Positions 1-15,000 of a stretch of DNA of 64,000 nt are shown here, piece by piece. The notes under the pieces were generated by a model. That model was not told the DNA's origin. It saw only the letters and a program-made list of their open reading frames with translations, and did no database searches. The position numbers and the translations under genes were made by a program. The DNA comes from a virus (taxonomy: Duplodnaviria > Caudoviricetes), in the IMG/VR virus record IMGVR_UViG_3300026549_000046, positions 68,048 through 132,047 of that record; one strand, written 5' to 3'. The stretch's first letter is position 1, and each line of letters starts with the position of its first letter.

Positions 1-14
1 TCGCCTTATTTTTT

Positions 15-3000
15 TTATTCTTCTTTTGGCTTTTCTCCTATTTTTGTTCCTATTGTATTTAATTTTACAAATTGCCATATAGGAGTAGTTTGCTTTGTTG
101 CAGATGATGTTTTTACTATAGCATCATAAAAATCCTAATCTCCTCCGATTGCTCGCTTCCAATTAGTAACTACATTAGATATTGAAGTTAAAGAAAACGG
201 AGTCCAATTTGGCCCTCTACCCTAAAATCTTAATAAAGAGCCTATTCCATTAAAATCTTCAGTTGATTGTGTAAACATTCCTGTAAGTAATCCTAATGTA
301 GAATTTTTTATAGCATTTCCAAAATATTTATTATCGTGATCTTTCTCATAAGACTTCTAGAATTCAGTTAAACTTCCTCCTATAAGACCCCCTATAATAA
401 ATATTCCAATTATATCAGCTATTAACTATCTTAAATTAGCACTATATAACTTTGCTACATCAGGCTCTACATTCTAGAATAATTCTCTATATCCTTCAAA
501 TCCATATTTATCTGTATATTCAGATTTTCCAAAAATTGATTTTCCTATTTCTAAAGCTGTTATTAAAATTCCTTCCTGTGGACGTCCTTTCCATACTCTA
601 ATTGGAAGTCCAGTATCTTCATCTGGAACTGGAATTAATTCTCCGTTTTCATCTAATTTCCAATACCATTTATGTCCATCCTCTTCATAATCTACATAAT
701 AACCTTCCTATGTATAAGATCTTTCTTGAGCATACTAATTCTTTTTAGCAGACCAGAAAGTATTCATTTGCATAAGCATAGAACCAATCCAGGTAGAATT
801 AAACATAGATTTCTTTTCATGGGCATAATATCCATATATTCTATCAGCTAAAGCTTTCATTGATTCTGACTATTGATTTGTATATGCTTTTGGTAAAGGT
901 TTTGGATTATTTAAATCAAATTCAAATAGTGTTCCATCAGAGTTTCTAGCTCCTTCTTCAACAAGTTGTCTAGCAATAGTTATATATTCACTTCTTTGTT
1001 TATTAAACTTTTCTTTGTTTGAGGCTTTGTTTATATCTCCTTTAGCTTTTGCAAATTCGTCAAAACGTTTGTCAAGTTTCCAATCATAAATCCACTATCC
1101 ATCTTTTTTAACATGAGCATCAAAACAACCGTCAGCTTTCATTTGTGCTACAAAAATAGTCATTCTATTATAATAATCTGGTCTTGAAGCGAATCTAAAT
1201 CCGGTATCCCAAAAATGAGTGAATATTCCAGTATTATCAGTTTTTACTCTGTCTATAAATACATTCATATCCATATCATTCATACCATACTACATATTTA
1301 AAGATTCCTAAAGACTTAATTTATCTCCAAAATGGCCTAAATCTTTCATAGCAAATTCCCATGCTGAAACTAAATTATCTTTTGAAAATTGTCCACCTAG
1401 TCCACCTTTATAATCCTTAGTAAACAACATTATGTCTTTCCATACACCGTCTATGAACTAATACATTTGTTTAGGATTAAATGCCAAAGCTAATCTAGAA
1501 GACCATTTCATCATACTATCAGTAATATCCTTAAATATTGCTGCACTAGCATCTTCTCTATTTTCAAAAGGCTAATTATGAATTCTTACTTTTATATAAT
1601 TAAACAGATAATCCAAATCATTAGCAAATTTATCATTAAGTATAGCTCCTTGCAAATTTAAATGAATAGCTAAAGCTTGTAGTCTTGGAAATATTTTATC
1701 TAATTCTTCAGCCATTTTATAATTAGAGTGCTATTTTAGTAGAATAGTTTCAAGATTATGTTCGAAATAATCTTTTCCTCCAACTAATTGAATTTTTTCT
1801 CTTCTATCCTCAATATTTTCTGGTAAATCAAATCTATGCATTGAATTTACTGTTTCCCACTACGATCCATTGTTTATAGCTTTTCTTAAATCTTTATCAC
1901 TACCTAATAATCCTGTAACTTTTTCATCAATTTTCTATTTTAATTCATTTCTAATAGTTGGATTCCATATAGCCTTAATATATTTGAATTTTTCTTCTAC
2001 ATAATTAATAATTCCGCCTCTTGTAGCAACTTCAGAAGCAAAATCTCCTTTAGTTAAAGGAACTAATAAATAAGAATCATCCTATTCAATATAATCCTTC
2101 ATTTTATCAGGATTCTTTAATAATTCTTCTAAATTTAAATTTTTTCTAGTAGAATTTATTTTTATAAGAGCATATTTTAAGAATTCTCTTTCTGCATCAT
2201 CTAACTAAGAATTAGGATTCCACGGATTTAAAAATCTAAAATCTTGTGAATTTGGATCATACATAGATTTGTATAAATCATTAACCTAGTTTCCGGTTAA
2301 ATTCTATCGAATCCATCCAAAATTTTTACTTTCTTTTAATTTTTGGAGTCTTTTTCTTAATTCTATATCAAACTACATAATAGAATCCCTAACATTCTGA
2401 TATGCAACTGTAACCTACTCTGTAGCCTAATTAAGAATATGAGATTGAAGTGTTCCGGGGTTATCTGCCATAGTTCCACTAATTCCTTTAGTACTCATGT
2501 GAAACTAATAACTAGATCTTAACTACTACTGCATTTTTATTCCGTCTAATTCAGCAATAGCATATAATATATCTTTATGTAATATAGATTCTGGACTTTC
2601 TATTTGCCCTTCTTTTATGTTTTCTTGTACATAAGGATATCTTTCAACTAGTTTTTTATCTAATGACAATAACTAATCCCTCATTTTTTCTTTAGACTGT
2701 AGTCCAAAATCAATTTTAGAAACAGAATCCTTTACTTCTTTGATTAATTTGTCAAAACCTTCATCAGAATTAGCTCCTTTTATTATTTCTTTTGCGTCCT
2801 ATTCAATAATATCTAAATAAGTTGCCATTTTAATAACTCCGTTCTAATTAGATTTTGTTAAAAAATGATTATTTTTAAATCCCTAATCAAGTTTACATAA
2901 TCTATCAAAATTATACAACAACTATTCATTAGGCGGTTCTAATCCAGTCTACTATCTTGGACATAAAAGTTTAACAGATCCTATTCCTGTATCTTCTGAT

Positions 3001-4991
3001 TTAAAAATTCCATATAGTCTATTTATTACATGTAATGTTTCAATTAGTTCAATATTTCCAGCCGTAGATTCCATAGTTAGTGAATCCGATGAACTATGAG
3101 CTAAATCATCTTTCAAAAACTATCCTAGTAAATATTTACCTTTTCTTAATTTTACAGGTTGTGTTGGGTCATATAAGTTTGATATTCTTATTATATCTAT
3201 TAATCCAGAAGCTTTATTTCTAAATAATAAAATTCCATACTAATCTAATATAGGATCTATATTATCTTCACTTACTATTTCCCATATAGATGTGTCAGAA
3301 TATTTTTTCATTTTAGTGATAAGATAAGTAGCATTAGTCTTTTTATTAGAAGATTTTGCAGCTAATGATTGAATAGTATTTAAAGGATTATCTCCATCTT
3401 TATGATAATAATTTATATATGCTTCTCTTAAAGATTTTGAAGTATTTATTCCATAATTTTTATTATATTCTGCATTTTTCTATAAATCTTCTTTTAATTT
3501 TACTAGTGCTTCTTGTTCAGACAAATTTCCATCGTAATGTCTGAATCCTACATCAGAATTTTTTCTTGGACGATATTCCCATTCTCCTGTTGCAGAACTT
3601 TTTCTAATACCTCCATTATTTTTAATTAAATCTAAAATACCTTTTTCAGTAGTATCTTTTTCTGGAGTAGGAAGTTCTCTATTCATTGTTTCTTGAACAT
3701 CTTCAAAAATATTTTCTATATCATCTATAGCAGGAATATACAAATTCTTAGGAAACATTCTATCTAAGTTTGATTCAATATTGGTTCTTTCATCACTAAA
3801 ATCAGAATTAGATAATTTCTAAAGTATTGTATTTCCAACTTTATCTCCAAGACTTGAAATACTATCAAAAGAAACTTTTCCGTTTTCCATTTTAAATCCT
3901 TCAAATTTTAGTGGAGCTACATATAATTCCATTTTTTGAGGATTTATATTCATTGATTGTAATATTCTTCTATATGTTGCTAACTAATATTTAAAAGTTA
4001 ATATTTTTGCAGAATTATACTCAAATGGATTATTATCAACATTTAATTCAGTATAGTCTTTTGGAGAACATTTATAGTCTATAATTCCTATTCCAGGATG
4101 TTTTTCATCACCAATTACCAATAAGTCAATTTTACCTATTACTTTTGTTACTTGACCTCCATCTAAAGTTAAATCAAGATCTCCTACAATAGGTTGTTCA
4201 GTTCTTACATAAGCATTTTTCCCCCATTTATTTCTAATTTCTTTATCAAGCTAAATGAATCTATCTACAGAACTTTCTATAATATTATCGGAAATATAGT
4301 CTTTGTACTAAGGATCTATATTATTTTTAAACCAATTAATTATTTCAGGTCTAGTAGTCTAGTATAAGAATGGCCCATTTTCTCTTATTCTCTATCTATA
4401 GAAAAGTGCAGCCATAGCATGAATCATATTACCGCATATAGCTTGTTGTTGCCATAATCCTCCTTTTCTTACTCCATTCTAAATTACTCCTTCCATTCTT
4501 TCTCTAATTTTATTTAGAGTTTCTTGATTGGATATGGGTTTTATATTTCCAGAAGAATCCTATTCTACTAAATCTGATATAAACTATAATTCATAAGCAT
4601 TAAATTTTCCCTATTTATAATCACTAAATTTATGATTCCAATAATTATCAGAATCAAATATAGGAAATACCTAATCTGTATATCTACTAGGCATTGTATG
4701 AATTAAATCAGTAACAGATATATATGGATATTTTAAACTTCCAACATCATCGAGTTCATCAGGCTCTAATTCTTCTTTTTTAACAGTATCTATCTGAAAT
4801 CCTCTATCTTTTAAGTCTTTATATGTTTTTTCTGCTTCTTTTAAATTTTTAGCATATCTTCCTTGAATTTCAGTTAATTGAAAAACTAAATCTCCTAAAA
4901 TTGGCTTTAAAGTTTCTGTAGCTAATAAATAATCATTTAAAGCCATTTCGGAATCAAAAGTTTTATTTTTATATTTATAAACACAATTCAT
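15..4991 (-). CDS. Large putative virion cargo protein (~1658 aa, code 15) with N-terminal RecB-type PD-(D/E)xK nuclease domain
   Basis: ATG at 4989-4991, TAA at 15-17. Track ORFs 4671..4991, 3480..3758 and 1095..1283 share one frame and are separated by TAG. Motifs YISVT, GNMIH, TEQPI, GKIDLLV, IIDYK and YQLATY (Q = TAG at 3984-3986). Confidence 0.8.
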
Positions 4992-6055
4992 TAGTTACAT
5001 TCTTCTCTAAGTTCTCCAGATTTTAATAAATCCGATTTAGTATTAGCTAAAATTCTATGAGTCATTGCATTATTTAATCCTGATGCAACACTTATATTAA
5101 ATACTGAAGATTCTAATTCCTCCGCCAAATTTCTAATAGATTTATTAAATATTTCATTATCTTCTAAAGATTTAATACTATAGTTTCCATCAATTATAGT
5201 ATCTATATCTCTTTTAATATTATATAATACTTGACTTATTATATCCTTCTATAAATTGTCAAACAAACTACTCTATCCAGTTACGAATTTTGATAATTCT
5301 TCAACAAAAATTTCTTCTAATATATCATTCATTGTTCGACTTCCTTCAAACTCGGAAATTCTATCTTCTATATTTGGGATATTCTGAACAACAGACATAA
5401 GTTGCTAAAAAAGTGAAGGATTTGAAAAACTAATAGACCCTATAAATAAATGTAGCATTTCATGAATTGGACTATCGATTGTAGCATTATCAATATTTAT
5501 ATAAATAGTCCCATTTTTTATAAATGCCTTTGCAGAATTAACATCAACATTATTTACTAATTCGTCATTATCTATATATTTAATATTAATTCCATAACAT
5601 TCTATCATTTTATTTAAAGCATTAGATAATCCGACTTTCTACTAATCTATATCTTCAGGAATATTTGTTTCTATAGTATTATCTAATATATTATATTCAC
5701 TAGGTCTTTGTTTAACTTTAACAATAGTAGTATTACCAATCTCCTGCAGTTTTATATCTAAATCTCTATGTATATCATTAAGGGCTGCATTTGCTTCTTG
5801 AATAGAATTAGTGCCTGTAGCAGCTAAAACTTTATTTGTACTTGTATAATTAGTTCCTTTATTTGAACTTTTCATAGAGATTTCTTCTTTTAAGCTAGGT
5901 AAAGAATTAGCTCCTGGAAGTTCATCTAATTCTGGAAGTCTTCCGTACTACTCTTTAAACTAACTCATTCTGTCTAAAATGATAGAATCAGAAAGTCCAG
6001 ACTTTTTTAAAGTCTGAAACTTTCCATGATTCCTTAACGAGCAATAATCAGCCAT
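4991..6055 (-). CDS. Zincin-like metallopeptidase domain protein (~354 aa, code 15)
   Basis: ATG 6053-6055, TAA 4991-4993 overlapping the next ATG. Joins track ORFs 5642..5875 and 5405..5608. HEMLH motif at ~5450-5464, preceded by KAFIKNGTIYIN, with LEEIFVEE downstream. Confidence 0.8.
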
Positions 6056-6056
6056 T

Positions 6057-9000
6057 TTAACACTCTTGTTTTTGATTATTTCTGGATTTTAATCCATGTC
6101 TCAAAATATCTAAATCTAATTGGTAATATTTAGTTCCATCTGAACGTTTTTTATGTTTAAACTAAAATATATCTAAACATTCCTCTTTAGTCCATCCTAA
6201 TTCCTAAGAATTTTCAATAAACTAATTTAAAGTCTATTGTTTTCCATTTATTGTTAAAACAATACTATTAGAATTATTTATTATTATTTCTTTAGGATTT
6301 TCAGAATTTTCTATTAATTGGTATATGTCAGAATTAATTTCATATCCTCTGAAAATAATAGAACCATTAGAAGCAATATTAGGATTCATACTTACGTCTG
6401 AAACTTTTAATTCTTTAGTTAAATCATTCCAAGTTATATTTCTTCTTGAAGGTCCTTCGCTAAATTCACTATCATCATATCCTATTTCATTAGCTAATTG
6501 TTCATTAATAATATCCTATTGAATATCTTCAGGAATATTTTCATCCTCTGAAGAAGATCTTTCTTCTTGAATTGGTCTTACTAACTAGTATTTATTAGTT
6601 TCTGGATTTAACAAATAGGAATAAGGATATTGTGAAACATTTTCAAATCCAGTTACAACTGGGGCTAAAAATCTCATTAACATATCTTCATCCTATTCAC
6701 TAAAAATAGGTTTATCTGATTTATCACGTTCTCTAAGGAAATTAGTATAATCAGAAATATGAGTATTCTAATTATTTACTACTAAATCTTCAAATAAATC
6801 CGTTAAAGCCTATACTCCAGGCTGCCCATTATATGCTATTAAATTATAATAAAATAGTGCAGTTACTATTCCAGCATTACTTCCATCTTTTAACTTAACA
6901 GAATTTAATTCCTATAATCCCTATTTAATTTCATTAAACGTAACATTCTCCTAAGGATTCTTCATATTATAAGACTAAGATTTTGCTATATTTACTGAAA
7001 GATTATGGTCTGGATTAAATTTATAAGTTCTTAAAGTAATAGCTTTAACAAATGCATTTTCTGGGTAATTACGTTTTAAATAAGGATATAAATAATTTAC
7101 AACCCATTCAGCAAATATTTTATTACTTTTATCATCTCCTAATTTTATATTTATATATTTAGGATTACCTTCTTCATCAAACTCTTCTTTTAATTCTCCA
7201 TTTACTATTGAGAATATGGGAAGTTTAAATATTTCTTGTTGACTTCTTAAGAATTCGTTGTTTATTTTTCTAAATATTACTGAATTAGCTGTTTTCTAGA
7301 ACTAATCTAATTTAGAAGATTCTATAATATTAAGTTTTGGAAGTATCCATTCTGATAATTTGGTTTGTTCTTTATAAACTATTGATGCTACTTTTGATCC
7401 TTCATAAAGAAGATTCATAGCTTTTAAGTATCCTCTATAATGTGGAACATTTAACATTACATCCATAATATTTACAAACTATTTTGCAGCACCATAAGCA
7501 TTTATAACTGCTTTCTAATATTCAGGATTAATTAAGAATTGATTTAAATCTATGAATAAATCATCTTCAAAGAAAATTTTACCTTCTTTTTTAAATTGTT
7601 GATTTAATGTTTTTAATGGAAGTAAAGATTCATCATCTTCTTCTAATCCTTTTCTTTTTACAGCATTTCTTAATATACTTCTAAACCCATTTATCCAATT
7701 TAACTAATCCTACACAAGATTTGGAAGTCCTTGATTTAAAGATAAAACTTTTCTAAGTTCTCCCATTTCTTCATTTACAAGATTTAGTTTTTTAATTTCA
7801 TATAGTCTTGTATGTTTTTCTCCATCTCGACTATATTTATCATTAACTATATCATTTTCTATGATTTTTCTATAATCTGTCCAATCAAAAATATTCTATA
7901 ACCAAGTTTTTAGATTAGAGCCTTTTTTATCCCAAATAATATTTTTTAGGGATTTTATAGAATCATCTTTTGATATTTCTTCTTGTAGTTTTTTCTATGT
8001 ATTTAAATCTTCTTGTGCAGTAGCATTTTGTTTTCCATTAACTAAATCTTTATATCCTTCTAATAATGTTTTTAATTGGTTATAACTAGATTTTTCTTCT
8101 TTTAATTTTTCTAGTCTTTTTTGTTTTGTTTTAGATAAACTTTCTAAATTTGATAATTCATCAAGTTCTAAATTCTTTTTACTTCCTTCTTTCCATGACC
8201 AATAAGCTGGATCAGATTCAATATCTTTTATTGACTATTTAATTAATTGTTCATCAGTTTTAGATATTCTATTACTATCGGGATGTAATAAAAATCCAGC
8301 TAATTGTCTCATTCTTCTTCTTAATCTCTTACTCATTAAAGCTCTATTAAGATCTTCTTGAGTTATTCTCTTGTTATCAGAATGAGGAATTTTATATAAG
8401 TCAAAGATTTTAAGTAATATATTCTGAACTTCTTCTGGCTATCTTCCTAAGTTCGGAGGAAGAAGTAAGAAATTTATTGCTTGAGAAAGTCTATTAAATT
8501 TTTTAGAATCTTTATCAAAAACATTTCCTTTTTGTAAATTATTTAATAATATTCCAGTGTCAGAAATCATTAGATCTCTAAGAGAGTTCATATCAACTCC
8601 CATTATTATTCCAGCAATATAAGTACCAATCATTCCTGGATCAGCATTATATTTAGATAGTGTAGGATCTTTAGCATTATCAGTACTTAAACTTAATAAA
8701 GCAGACATTAATATGAAAGCATCTTCAAGATTATCTACACTCTATAAAGCCTATTTGACTTCTTCATTTTTAATACTATCTTCATTTTTAACATAAGAAT
8801 TGGCTAAAAGCTAAAAAGATTTTCCGTTTATTCTAACATTTGCTAATAAACTTCTTTGCTATTCTTCAGAACCAAGAGCAAGTATATTATAATAATACTA
8901 ACTCATTGCTTCAAAAGTTTTCATAGCAGAAGCTACAATACCTGTATTCTATTTTCCTGACAATGTAAGAATTAAACTTCTTATTCTTGCCATAATACTA

Positions 9001-12000
9001 TTAGCATCTGATGTTACTGGCAATGCTGATAGTCTATCAAATTCCGAGCCTGGTGCTACAGCATCTTTAAAATCATCTGTTGCTTCATCAATTCCTGACT
9101 ATCCTTGAATTAAATTTATTGGATTTTTAGAGATATTTTTAGTTTTTATAGAAATAAAATTATAAAGAGCGTATTTACGTTTAAAGGCTTTATTCTTTCC
9201 ATTTAAGAAAGTGTTATGTCTATCAATTAAATCTATTTCTTCCTAAAATCTAGGAGATATATATTTTAATTTATTTGCAGTTCTTATAAGTTCAACTAAG
9301 CCCGATAAAGAGTATTTACCATCTTCTGTGAATTCTAAACTATTAATATATTCATCAAAATCCTCTTCAAAATTATATTCTTTAGTATTAATACTATTTT
9401 TTATTCCCCAAGCTTCATTACTTATATCCTTAACTCCCTCTAAAGAGTCTTGATAATAAACATAGTCTCCTTGTGGAATTTTATGTAAAATAGCTCTGAT
9501 AGTAGTGTAGCTTATATCTCCAGATATAGCCCAATAATCTTGAGTTTCAGTCTAATACTTTATTGCAGATAATACATTTCCATTACTATCCCTTACTATA
9601 ATTTGATTGTTATTTTGAATTAAGGTATCATAATTTTTTTCATTGACATCAAATGCTCTTGCTGTCATAGAATCAACTTGTACTTTTCTTCCAGTAGGGA
9701 ATGGAAATTTTTCAGATATATCTGCATTTTCTTTAGAAGATAAATCATAAAAACAGCTCCATGTAATTAATTCTCCATTATGAAATTTAAGTCCTAATAC
9801 ATTTGCTTTATCTATGTCCAGTTTATCTTATATTTTTCAATATAAGCTCGACTATATCATCATTTCAAAATATATATTCTGAAATGTCTCGCGCTTCGGA
9901 ATCTTACGAATCCTACTCCATTTCTGGATAGTCTGTGAACCTTCATCTTAAATTGAAGATGCTTGGCTGCGGATATTCCAATTCATTTCCTTTTTTACTA
10001 TATCGATAATAATTAATTATCGCCCTCAGATATATTTCTATTCTAAGTTAGTAGGAAAGACTCTAAGGAAGTCCCCGTCAATTCACGAGATTTAACGACT
10101 ACAACATTATTTAAGTGCATAGTCACTACCTTGAAGGAATAACTACATTCTACTAACATATATAGAATTAGCTTTTCCTTGGTCAAACCCAACTATTCTC
10201 ATAGCCATGAAGGACTAATGAGATTGAGCTGGAGTTCTTGATACAATACATTCAAGAGAATCTAAGAAAGAAGTATGTTTATTGAATCCTTTCTAAATAA
10301 TAGTTTTTAAGAATGGATATTTTATCTAAAGATTTTCAATTAGTTCTTGTTTATTAGATAATCTATTATTAGTTATAACTTCTAATAATTTGTTTATTCC
10401 TTCTTGATAATCTTCTTGACCTTTACTTATTAAATCAGAATATCTAATTTCATTAATTAATACATCATTATTAATAATATCATTAATTGTAAGGTCTTCT
10501 ACATTCTATATTTGTAATAGTTTCTAGTCTAATCCTTTATCAACTAATATTTTTAAAGAATTATCTCCATTTCCAGATTTAAGTCCTTCTTGATGATTTT
10601 TAGTTCTTACTCTTGCTATATTTACAATTCTTTCAATTAAGTTCTAAGAAACTTCATTAGTTGAATTATTTATTTGTGATAATATCTATCCAAGATCTTC
10701 TTCTCTTACATTTCCAAATTGTACATTATTATAGTTAAAATAATCTAAAAACTGTGTCAAATTATCAGTACTTATAATCTCAGTTCCATTTTTACTTCTA
10801 AATATTTTTGTATTTTCAGTAATTGGATATAATTTCTTTCCATTTTCTGAACGATAAAGTACTCCGTTTTCAGTAATAGTTTCTATATCAATTTGAGTAA
10901 GACCTCTAGGTAATTCCCTACCATCAGCATAATGCAAATAAATATGATTACCACTTCCAACTTTTAATTCTAAATCAAATTGATGTGGAAGTAATTTAGA
11001 AGATATTTTTTGAGCATCTCTTTTAATAAAGAAAAATTTATCTTCCACTATTTCATCAACCTAATCCCCTTCTTGTAATCCAAATTCAGTTCTATACATC
11101 ATTGGAAGTACTGCTTCGTATGGAGTTACTTTAGTTTTTGTTTTATCGACAACAATGGTCTATCCATCTATTTGAACAGTACTAGCTGTTCCATTTCCTA
11201 AGGCATCTAAAGTTTTTTGTAAATTATGTCTTAAATATTTTTCAAGCTTAATATTTCTATTAGGAATTAGATTGCCATTATTATCAGTAGTATAAGGAAC
11301 TTTTAAAGAAATTAACCAATCATCAAGAAGTTCATTTTCAAGTTGACTTAATATTTCATTAGATTTCCATTTATTCCATATTTCTTCCTAAATAGTTTCA
11401 GGTTCATCAAAAGTTCCGTCTTTCCTAATATACTATAGCTGTCTTACAACGTCAACCTACCATAATGAATATTCAATTCCGTCTTTAGAAGTTAAAGTAC
11501 AATCATATGTTCCTAAGTCACGTCCTATAGCTTTTTGAGTAGAATTATCAATAAAAGCTTCTGTAATACGTTGTCCTTTTTTGTAAGCTTCTCTTAATAA
11601 TTTAAAGTCAGGATAACTATCAACTTTAACTAATTGTAATTTATTTCCTAGTGCATCTGAAATATAATAATTTCTTCCAAATTTTATCTAAGAAATAGAT
11701 AAAGGTGTAGCATCAGATTTTTTCTACATCTCAATAAGTTCTTTAGGACTTACTTTTCCACTTAAACGATTTCCAATAAGTTCTTTTCTTCTATTAGATG
11801 GATTTAATACCATTTGACCCCCGTCCATTTTGAGACGTACAGCCTTTTCAATACTTGAAGCAATTTTAGATTGAATAATATTGAATATACGTGGATCACT
11901 TATTGCAAAATTTCCTTCAAAATCTTCTAAGCTATTTAAATTTAATTCTTTTAATCCCTAAGCTAATACTGACATAATGTTTCCATCTTCTATAGAAACA

Positions 12001-15000
12001 TTATTTAAAACTTTCTTTAATAAATTATATATAAATATTTTTAAAGGTTCTGAATTTCCATCTTGTAAATGTAATAATCCATCAAATCCTTCTTCAAAAC
12101 TCTATAATACAACAGCTTCAAGAGCTTCATAACATTCTTGGGCAGCCTCACGACTATAACCCCTTGCTCCTAACGCATTAACAACCTAAGTCATTAGTGA
12201 TACATGTCCTCCTTCGGAATCATGTTCAGCATCAAGCTGCTCTCCAAAATCAGAAGAATTACATTCCATCCAGGTAGCCTAATAATCTTCATTATAGAAG
12301 TCTATAGAATTTATATTTGTTGCTCCGAATTTAGAAGCACCCATAGTTACAACAAAATTAACCATAGATTGTTTAAGAACCTGAATTACATTTTCCTAAG
12401 TTTTAATTTTAGAGTTTTTGAAAGCACTTTTATTATTTGTAATTCCAGCATTATTCATTATTTGAAGAACATTTAATGTAGAGGAATCATCATTTTCATA
12501 AGATAATCTACCATTCTATAAATGTCCAGACCATTCTCCTCCAAAAACTTCTTTCCATAACTAATAATTAGAATCTATAATTTTGTCTCCAACTCCTTCA
12601 TTTCTTGAGTTATTTAATTCTTCTCCGTTACTAGCAACAGTAACTTCATCCCAATGAGTTATTCCATTTTCATCAATTCTAAGATTACTACGTTTTGTCC
12701 ATAACTATTTTTCTGGATTATAAACATACCAAGGGTCTACTTGAATTGCAGTTTCGTCATATTTTTGAAGATAATTAAAATATGGATTTTGTATTCCATT
12801 CTATTTTAGAATTTGTGTCCATTTAATAGTATCATTCATTTTACGATTCATTATGGCATCTCTTCCATTGGCTCCAGGTAATTGACTTTCTCTAATAGAT
12901 TGGTTATTAATTAAAAATCCAGCAGTTTTAATAATTAATCCAATACCCGTCTATGAATCAAGAGCATGAGTAAAAGGTTTCATAGTAGTTCCCATTGCAT
13001 CTGCTCCAAGAGAATTATTATCAAGAACATTCATAAACATATTATAGAATGTTGCACCATCATAAGGTTTAGTTCCACCTTTCTTATATAATCCTCCATA
13101 AGTAATAACAGAATCTCTTTCATCTTCAACAATAAAGAATCTTAATTTTTCTCCAATACCATATAAAGAATTTTGCATTTCTCTATGTTTAGAAGCGGTC
13201 TAAGATACTTGACGTTTTACTTGCTATCCGTATTGAGACTCTTCGTAATTAAAGATTGAAGAAGAATTTGAGTTTCCAGGATGTGCTATAAATGATCCAA
13301 CAGATGTTAGATTATAAGATTCTCCTATCCACTGATTTAAAGCATTGTGTTTTTCAATTTCAGGATTTAATTCAATAGAATATTGTGAAGATAATCTGTC
13401 TTTAACAATATCTAAATCTTCAACTAATTTAAACATTTCAGAAATTAAAACATCATCCTTAGAATTAATAATACTCTGTTCTACAATATCATTTATTGCT
13501 AACTTTGCAATATAATCAGATAGTTCTTCTTTTGATTTAGAATCAATAAATTCTTGAGCCTTTCTTACAATAGTATCATCATGCCAAGTAGGATTTTTCT
13601 TTCTTAAATTTGATTCTATTGCAATTTGAATATTTGGAGTTAATTTAAGAAGTTTATTTTTTAATCTTTTATTATTTAATAATATTTCAATAGCTTCTTT
13701 AGTAGTTAAACTTCTAAGTCTTCTTGTATTATTAATTATTTCTAAAACTTTATCAAGTCTAAATGTAGGACTTGAAATTTTTAAGTCTGCTGGAAGACTT
13801 TCTCCAAATAATTCTACTAGTTTCTAGTATTGATTCCAATTTTCAAAATCTTTTCTTGAAATAATAGATTGTTTATTTTCTTCTCCTAACATTACTTTTC
13901 CAAGAACAACCATTGAACCTTGCATATAATTAATATCATTATTTCTTTTATATGCAATAGCATTAGCTTTATCAGCAGCTTTATCAAGTTTTATTGTAAT
14001 ATTATTTCCAAAAAATTCTTGTAATAATTGATATTTGTGCCTAATTTTTTCTTGTTCTGGAGTTTCTAATAACTAAGATTTGTCAAATTTTAAATTAGAA
14101 TCAATTTCAAAATTTTTAACAGGTCTTCCATATATAGATAGTTGATGGAATAATGATGGATTGTTATGTAAAAATCCTTCTTTGTCTTTAATATAAGATA
14201 CACCATCAATCATTTTTACAGAATAATCTGGCTGTCCTTTTTCAAGTACCTATCTCTGTAAAGTAGCCACTGCATTATGTAATACACTAAAAGCTGTTAC
14301 TTTAGTTAATCCTTTTTGTTCTCTAATAGTATTTAACTAGCGTATATAGTTATTAAATTCCTAAAAATCCGAATTATAATCTAAAGTAGGAATCTACTAT
14401 AACAAAGCTTTTTCTTCTTCTGAAGCAACAATTGGAATTAAAGGAGTTACTATTTCTAGTATTACATTGTTAATTTTATTATATTCCTAAATAATATTAT
14501 TATGTAATTTAGCGTAGTAATTTCCAAATTCTAACTGTTGTACTTTTCTTATTTCATCAGCAGTTAAATCTTTAATATATTTTAAGCCTACTCCTGGAAT
14601 ATTTACAGTATCTAAAGGTCTAACTAATATTTTAGGTAATTTAGATTTATCAGAAATTGTTGGACCAAATATTCTTATAAACGTTTCATTAATTTTTTTA
14701 TGTTCTGGAGTAATTTCTCCAAATTTTCCATCGTCTGTTTCCTAAGATATTCCATCATATAAATCATAAATAAAAGAACCTGAGAAAAATTCATTAGATG
14801 AAAATTTAATAGCCTACTAGTTACTACCTAATCCATTATAATCTCTTACAAATTCAATTCCATTAAATAACTGATAAATTGAAAAATCATTATATTTCAT
14901 AATAGAATTTGGATTGAAATTATGATTATATGATAATTCCATATATTTACTCATAAGCTAAGATAGTCCTCTAATAGCTAACTACTTATTTTCTCCATCT

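Noticed and set aside
9819-10118. Intein or in-frame protein insertion in RNAP (length is a multiple of 3)
   Set aside because: Contains an in-frame TAA and full group I RNA core elements, with no intein terminal motifs.
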